This document shows positions 56,971-64,000 of a DNA stretch of 64,000 nucleotides, in pieces. A program made the translations under genes and the position numbers. Below the pieces are notes generated by a model. It was not told where the DNA came from. It searched no databases and saw only the letters and a program-made list of their open reading frames with translations. Source of the stretch: Octopus sinensis (lineage: Eukaryota); assembly GCF_006345805.1 (NCBI RefSeq), contig NC_043016.1:25048001-25112000 (forward strand), written 5' to 3'. Numbering within the stretch: the first letter of the stretch is position 1; each line of letters opens with the position of its first letter.

Positions 56971-57423
56971 ATAAAACGTCTTCTACATGGTAAGTTTTAT
57001 GAGTTGCAGTTAAATGTTCTATACAGAGACATATCTGAACTCTACTGATCAGGTTTATTGACATTTAACTAATACAATTCACAGCTTATTCAGTTGTCTC
57101 TGAGCTGAACCATCAGTTATGTAGGTTTGAAGTAATGTATGAAGTGTTTTGCTTAAAAGTTCAAGGTAATGTACTAACTGTATTGCTTGCTTCTCAACAA
57201 CTCCTATCACACTAGCCATCTCAACTTTAAATGCTTTGGCTGTTATAGTCTGTACTTCCCATCACTACTATCTTGTGTTCTTTTCTTCTTTTTCTGCATT
57301 CACCTTTTGCCAGTTGGTAATTTTTATCTATATCATAAAGAATATTGTCTCTATGAAAATAAAATATGTGAATGTATGTTTATATGAAGGTGGTGTGTGA
57401 AAGGACGAAAGGACAGGCAACAA

Positions 57424-57482
<59 letters not shown>

Positions 57483-57757
57483 CCATATCTGTGTAGTTAA
57501 GAAGTTTCGTTTGCAACCACATTGTTCTTAGTTTGATATCTTACACTAAGCAGTATTTTAAGGGAATGTCTTCTGTTATAACCTCATGATTGACTACTAT
57601 CTTATCAGCAGAATTTGCTAGGTGGAAACTGTGTGGAAGTTATTTGAAACACACACACACATATATATATATATCTACACATACATACATACATACATAC
57701 ATACATACATACATACATACATACATACATAAATACATACATACATACATACATACA

Positions 57758-57791
<34 letters not shown>

Positions 57792-58017
57792 CATATATAT
57801 ATATATAATGTGAAATAGAAAGATGAATAATCTTGTAGTAGATTAATCAAAAGTTTAACCGATACCTTAGTAGCAAAAATCACAGCAGTAAACAGCACGG
57901 TTGGAGGTACAACCATCTGGCGTTGCAACCGTGCGTTGGTGCGGATAATTGAAATTAAAACATTATTGGTGAATTGAAGAAATGGAGCTGAACGCAGATT
58001 GAACAGAAATCGTTTTA

Positions 58018-58107
58018 TTTCATTCTACACGTGTTTCGAAAGGCACAAAAAAACCAAAATCCGATTGAATAATGGGACCATATTGTGTTTTTCTCTTCAG
58101 GAAGAAA
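58018..58107 (-). ncRNA. Type I hammerhead ribozyme motif, left arm
   Basis: Mirror image of 59773-59862, with one extra helix II mismatch at 58089. Confidence 0.72.
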
Positions 58108-58701
58108 AAAGGAAATCTGTTGGAAAAACAAAAACAGAACAGAGGCGGAGCAAAAACAAATCGAACTACGCTCCTAAGAGCCCATGGCGAAACTGTTTAT
58201 CAGTGTATGTTGAGAACCGGTGGCTGAAGAATTCAACGGGCCAGGCATCGGTCAATCATGTGGGTGAGGGCGTATAGATGTTCTTAGTGACCGAGAATAA
58301 AGTTCTGACTATTTAAGGAATATTGGATGTTTTATAAGGGGCGAGAAAAAAAACCTACTTAGAGACGTGTGTGTGTGTATACTGTTCTATATATGTGTGT
58401 GTTGGCGTAGGGGTAGAAAACATTTTTTGTGTACGTGTGTGCGTTTGATCGTTCGGCTGTCAGTGGCTACTGCCGAGAGAACCGTTGGGTGGCAGAAAGA
58501 AAAAAATATATATATATTATGTTTTATGTGTGTGTGTGTTCATCTAAGCCTGCCTTGTCAAGGAAACCCCCCGCTGTGAAAAAACCAAGCCCCGTTTGTC
58601 TTACAGGAGTAATTCCCCTTGCAGTGGTTAATCGTAGATATCTTAAAGGCTATTTCAGAATTGTTACCAAGGGCTATGGGTGCCGGTATTATTTATAAAC
58701 G

Positions 58702-58967
58702 CTATTTAAAAGCCAGATAAGTGTAACGCCGCCAATGGGGGCATCGAAAAGCCGACTGTAAGAGCCCGTTTACCATCCGGCCTCTGGCAAACAAAATATG
58801 GAAGAGTTCGGAGACACAAAGGTTGCACTGTCTTCTGCCCCTATCAAATGGGAGGGCCACCGACAAAATTGACCATTCCAGCCTATAGCTTAAGTTCGTA
58901 TCCTTCAGTCGCCATATTAGCTTACTGAGTCCTGTGGTCTGGCGCTTGTTCATGTCCCGAAAAGTTG
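58702..58967 (-). pseudogene. Penelope-like GIY-YIG endonuclease C-terminal remnant, left copy (includes the spacer)
   Basis: TFRDMNKRQTTGLSKLIWRLKDTNLSYRLEWSIL...CNLCVSELFHIL...CPHWRRY fits the PLE pattern T.LSK.IW.LK....W.I....C.LC..E...CRH. Confidence 0.8.
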
Positions 58968-59179
58968 GGCGACTGAAGGATACGAACTTAAGCTATAGGC
59001 TGGAATGGTCAATTTTGTCGGTGGCCCTCCCATTTGATAGGGGCAGAAGACAGTGCAACCTTTGTGTCTCCGAACTCTTCCATATTTTGTTTGCCAGAGG
59101 CCGGATGGTAAACGGGCTCTTACAGTCGGCTTTTCGATGCCCCCATTGGCGGCGTTACACTTATCTGGCTTTTAAATAG
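58968..59179 (+). pseudogene. Penelope-like GIY-YIG endonuclease C-terminal remnant, right copy
   Basis: Identical peptide from RLKDTNLSY to the stop codon. Confidence 0.8.
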
Positions 59180-59772
59180 CGTTTATAAATAATACCGGCA
59201 CCCATAGCCCTTGGTAACAAATTCTGAAATAGCTTTAAGATATCTACGATTAACCACTGCAAGGGGAATTACTCCTGTAAGACAAACGGGGCTTGGTTTT
59301 TTCACAGCGGGGGGTTTCCTTGACAAGGCAGGCTTAGATGAACACACACACACATAAAACATAATATATATATATTTTTTTCTTTCTGCCACCCAACGGT
59401 TCTCTCGGCAGTAGCCACTGACAGCCGAACGATCAAACGCACACACGTACACAAAAAATGTTTTCTACCCCTACGCCAACACACACATATATAGAACAGT
59501 ATACACACACACACGTCTCTAAGTAGGTTTTTTTCTCGCCCCTTATAAAACATCCAATATTCCTTAAATAGTCAGAACTTTATTCTCGGTCACTAAGAAC
59601 ATCTATACGCCCTCACCCACATGATTGACCGATGCCTGACCCATTGAATTCTTCAGCCACCGGTTCTCAACATACACTGATAAACAGTTTCGCCATGGGC
59701 TCTTAGGAGCGTAGTTCGATTTGTTTTTGCTCCGCCTCTGTTCTGTTTTTGTTTTTCCAACGGATTTCCTTT

Positions 59773-59862
59773 TTTCTTCCTGAAGAGAAAGACACAATAT
59801 GGTCCCATTATTCAATCGGATTTTGGTTTTTTTGTGCCTTTCGAAACACGTGTAGAATGAAA
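59773..59862 (+). ncRNA. Type I hammerhead ribozyme motif, right arm
   Basis: CTGAAGA at 59780-59786. Helix II gaaagacacaa/ttgtgcctttc. GAAA at 59843-59846. Palindromic helix III acacgtgt. GUA ends at 59854. Helix I tttcttc/gaa(t)gaaa. Confidence 0.8.
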
Positions 59863-59915
59863 TAAAACGATTTCTGTTCAATCTGCGTTCAGCTCCATTT
59901 CTTCAATTCACCAAT

Positions 59916-59983
<68 letters not shown>

Positions 59984-60144
59984 CATAAATGAGGGCAAAG
60001 GAAAAAATTTCTAATGCCAAATATGCCGAAAAATTGGACATATTGTCCATTAACCATATAATTTTAAGGTATTTTTTAATATGCTGGCCATTGATAAAAT
60101 TTTTTTCGAAAAAATATTTTTTCGAAAGAAATTTTATCCTCATT

Positions 60145-60185
<41 letters not shown>

Positions 60186-61244
60186 CACACACACACACAC
60201 ACACAATGACCCCGAACCCACAAGAGTAAACAAGAGAGACGGAGACAGGCAGAAAGAAGGAAAATTCCACTTATTCTTTTAAAAAACACAATATTCTTTT
60301 AAAAAATTTTCTTTTAATTTTTCCAAAATTTAATTGTTTTCCATACTTACAGTTGAAAAAGTCTCAAAGACTGAAACCAGTACTGAAATGTTTGTTATAA
60401 AATTATTTTAGCATTTTATATCTTGACTTTTTTTCCCATATATATATATTAGCTGATGTACCCAGTAATTCCTGGGAAAGCAGGGCTTATCCCTTAGTTC
60501 TGTTCTCATAATTGTTTTGCTAATCCAATAACAACAGTACAAAGTATGTAGCCCTTAAAACGGTTTTTGTGCATTTACAGAGAACAGGGAACTGTCTTAC
60601 ACAGGATCTTGTTTTTAGGAATTCCCAATAAGTTATGAATACCCAAGTTATGAAGTCAGTTATGTAATAACATGAAATTAGTTACCCAATAGTAAGAATT
60701 CAAATAAAGTAGCCCTGAAAAGGGCTTTAATGTGTTCCCAGAGTATATAGAACTTAAGAGGAAATGCTAATAAGGTATTTATACTAAAAATCATGAAGCA
60801 TGTTACATAATAACAGGTTAATCAGATATTAGACAATAACAATTCAAAGTAAATAACTCTGAAAAGGGCTTTTGTGCGTTCCCAGAGAATATTACCCTCA
60901 GCAGCAATAGTGTTGGTATATTTATGAATAAGTCACTCACTGAAATAAGTGGATCTATTGTTTAGGAAAATACTATTTACATGTTTAAGGGTTGTACTGG
61001 ATAAATTGTGGAAATAACTCTAAGAGTTCAAATACTAAGAAATAAGCATACTCAATTTGATTTATACCAAATGATTTAGGAAAATGAATGGATTATTTCC
61101 CTTGGCTGTTAAAAGGAAATATATTAGATATATATCAGGATACCTTCCAAGGGCCCTATTATCGATTTTTTTTCAACAATCTGAGTTTGCCATGAGGTTT
61201 CCAGACATGAGTTCTATTCAAATGTCAAGTTTCATCAAAATCAA

Positions 61245-62074
61245 TAAAATTTTTTTGTTATTGTTTGGTTTGGGTTTAAAAGTTCAAAGTGAACTAAACC
61301 TTTCATGTCCCACCAAACAGACAACAACATCTTATGTGGGTGAAGACATTTTTTTAGCCTTGGGTGCCAGTGTTTTTCCTTTCCCTGCTTACTATCTTCG
61401 GTGCTTGACATTTTTATAGAGAACCAATTTCGCATCACCAGTCACTATTCAGTTCAAAAAAGGTTCATTCGTGAGACGTGACAGCAAAGAAGAGCACACA
61501 TTCACTCTCTGTGCACAATTACACTCGGAAAGTTTGTGAGGAACTCATTGACCCAATTTGCTGGCTTTTCCAATGGTACACAAGTGTCGATGAATGATTG
61601 TATGACCAAATTTAAGCTTCTCTGCTAATTCCTCAACAGTTACAATGGGATTTTGTTCCACCAGAGTTTTCAGAACATCTTTGTTGAACTCTACAGATCT
61701 TCCAGGATGAGGTGCATCTTCTAGGCTGTAGTTTCCAGCGTGGAATTTCTGGAACCACTATTGACACTGGCTTATGCTTATTGTCTGATCCCCATATACT
61801 GCATTAATATTCCTTGCACTTTCCATTGCATTGTTGCCTTTATTGAAGTCATAAAGCAACATATGCTGAATATGCTCCTTTGTCACTTCCATTATAGCTT
61901 TGAAAAACATAATTGTTAAAATCAAACTGCACTCTTCAAAATTTGCATTAAGAATAAGCACAAGGTAAAATTACTACCTGCTTTTATAGTAAGTTGATGC
62001 AGGTAGTTTATCTCATCCCTCTCTGACTTTCAGTTCATGCAATTGAAAAACGCATTACTTATGGGATGACCCAA
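61245..62074 (-). mobile_element. Truncated mariner transposon, second family
   Basis: TIR aaaaacgcattacttatgggatgacccaa followed by TA at the right end. Peptides EHIQHMLLYDF, LGQ*VPHKL (WVPHEL motif) and KMLLSVWWDMKG. Confidence 0.85.
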
Positions 62075-63229
62075 TATATACAGTGGGCTTCTTTCAGTTT
62101 CCACCTACCGAATCCACTCACAAGGCTTTGGTTGGTTCAAGGCTATAGTAAAAGACACTTGCCCAAAGTGCCACACAATGTGACTGAACCATGTAGTTCG
62201 GAAGGAAGTTTTTTACCACATAGCCATACCTCTGCTATTATTTTGTCTAGGTTTTTATTTAAGTATATCAGCTGAGCAAAAATCTAATGTTACTGAACAA
62301 ATAACAAAAACAGATATTTCAAATACATTTTATGGTGGATTACACTTCTAACAGTTCAAAACCAGTCACCAAGAGGAAAAATGAATAAACAAATGCTTTA
62401 ATATTATACTATTTATGAAAAAGAAAAGGAGGACTAACAACAATTAATCTAATAAATAATAAATATGCAGAACAGAGAAAATAGAGAATTGAATCTGAAA
62501 GTAAACAAAAGTCTGTGTCAAAAGTTCAAACAATAATACAGGGTCAAAGTTCAAATTCTCCACTACCACCTCCACCATTATCACTGCTGCTACCACCACC
62601 ACCACTTCTGCCAATGCTGCTACCACCACCCAATATGTCACCCTGTCAAAAAATAAAAAAAAGCTGATGTAAAGGAACCACCCACATTCTCTGAAGACTT
62701 GCCAGTAACTAATTATCAACATATTCAATGGATTGTATCAGTGAACAGGTTGTGGAAGAAGGATGAAACTTTTTCACACTTCATAATAGACTGTACAAAT
62801 GTAAAATAAATGTAAATTGAATATTGCAATGTTTAACTGTGTGTTCCAAAATGGGTATAAATGAGTTCTCCATAATGTAATTTTTTTTGTACCCATGCTT
62901 TTGTGTATGCATGTGTGTGTGTGTTTGTGTATGTATTTATATATGTATGTATATGTGTATACGTGTATCCATGCATGTATGTATATGTATATGTGTATGT
63001 GTATGATATGTGCATGTGTACAATATGAGCATCTACATATAATATGTATCCCGAAATTGCAAAGATAATCTGGAACTTGACTGAAGATAGAAAACTCCGA
63101 AAGATATTCGTCCTTGTTTTCCTTGTATCGTCTGTCTGGATATTTTGTTTTCCTTTTATTTTTGTTTCACCTAACTGTCTGGATGTTTGCTTTCTTGTCC
63201 CATTTTTGTATTTTATATATATATGTGTG

Positions 63230-63277
<48 letters not shown>

Positions 63278-63374
63278 TACATATATTCATACATACATAT
63301 GTATGTACATACATACATACATACGCACACATGCATGCATGCACACACATACATACATGCATACATACATACAT

Positions 63375-63926
63375 GGTGGCTGCCCCCTCGTTATCGAGTA
63401 TGGCCATTGCACGAAGCTTAATCAATGTTGTTATTGTGCAATGCCTGTGCAAGATTTTTTTTTTAAAGTGAGGAAAGGCTGTGCACTGAGTCAATCCTAC
63501 TCACTAAGCAACAGCAGCCATAATCCGAAAAGAAAAACAAGTGAACATCATCGGTAACCACTGAGCCGCAGGTTTTATGTCGGAGTTATCCCAGTTACAC
63601 GAGTTACCTTCTCCTAGAAGGATGCCCTAACAAAGGCTAGGAGTCCTTCACTCCCAATGGTTTAACCGCGCGATTGGGTATTCAGTCCGATTATTTCTAT
63701 GTCCCCGCACATGATACAGCCTTAAGACATTTATTGGATGACCGTTGACTCTCAAAAGTTCCTCCGCCCTTTGACGGGTTTTGTTTTTCATCCCGCGAGG
63801 TGTCCAATAAACACCCTCCTCACTAAGCAAGCTTGGTGGGGTTGCCGGTTTAGTCGCCAATGACCTGACCATGCAACCGGTTGTACTGGGTTACATGTTA
63901 CCAGTAGCACTCGAAACTGACCTAAC
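63375..63926 (-). mobile_element. Short retroelement: RTE-like 5' region joined to the 3' end of the 22.7-kb RTE family
   Basis: 63379-63421 is nearly identical to 22746-22788. 63555-63926 resembles an RTE 5'UTR. (TACA)n on both sides. Confidence 0.5.
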
Positions 63927-64000
63927 ATAACATACATACATGCATACATACATACATACATACATACATACATACATACATACATACATACATACATCCT

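Larger units (their letters stand above)
57808..59924. mobile_element. 5'-truncated Penelope-like element with inverted duplication (palindrome 57956-59924)
   Basis: Arms 57956-58913 and 58968-59924 are reverse complements with 7 differences counted by eye. They carry the GIY-YIG C-terminus. The element is flanked by (TA)/(TACA) microsatellite. Confidence 0.88.

Noticed and set aside
63040-63230. Hammerhead-like ctgaaga...ccgaaa...gtc (related copy 42660-42900, minus strand)
   Set aside because: Helices I and III do not pair in either copy. It could be a decayed motif but cannot be supported here.
63840-63926. HDV-like ribozyme at the RTE-like 5' end
   Set aside because: ggttgc/gcaacc pairing exists, but I could not fit the P1.1, P2 and J4/2 elements.

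Overview
AT-rich, microsatellite-dense animal genomic DNA, mostly intronic or intergenic. The SINE, MITE and LINE families look like those of octopus (coleoid cephalopod); this is my recognition of the repeats and needs a database check. Most ORFs in the supplied track are microsatellite or transposon artefacts. The only host-gene evidence is one candidate coding exon (15862-16087, minus strand, ATG to a GTGAGT donor) inside a CpG-enriched, promoter-like zone at about 14.4-19.7 kb. The rest is mobile DNA: tRNA-type SINEs, RTE fragments, three stacked R4/Dong-like 3' ends in (ATT)n, L1/Tx1-like pieces, two decayed mariners, hAT and piggyBac-like MITEs, Helitron MITEs and an 87-bp tandem repeat. 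The most striking structure is a 1.97-kb near-perfect palindrome (57956-59924; arms about 957 bp, about 99% identical, 54-bp spacer). It is built from the GIY-YIG C-terminus and 3' region of a Penelope-like retroelement, and each arm carries a type I hammerhead ribozyme motif, on opposite strands. A second hammerhead preceded by a perfect 27-bp fold-back lies at about 40.1 kb. Further small fold-back hairpins sit at retroelement junctions and (TA)n tracts.
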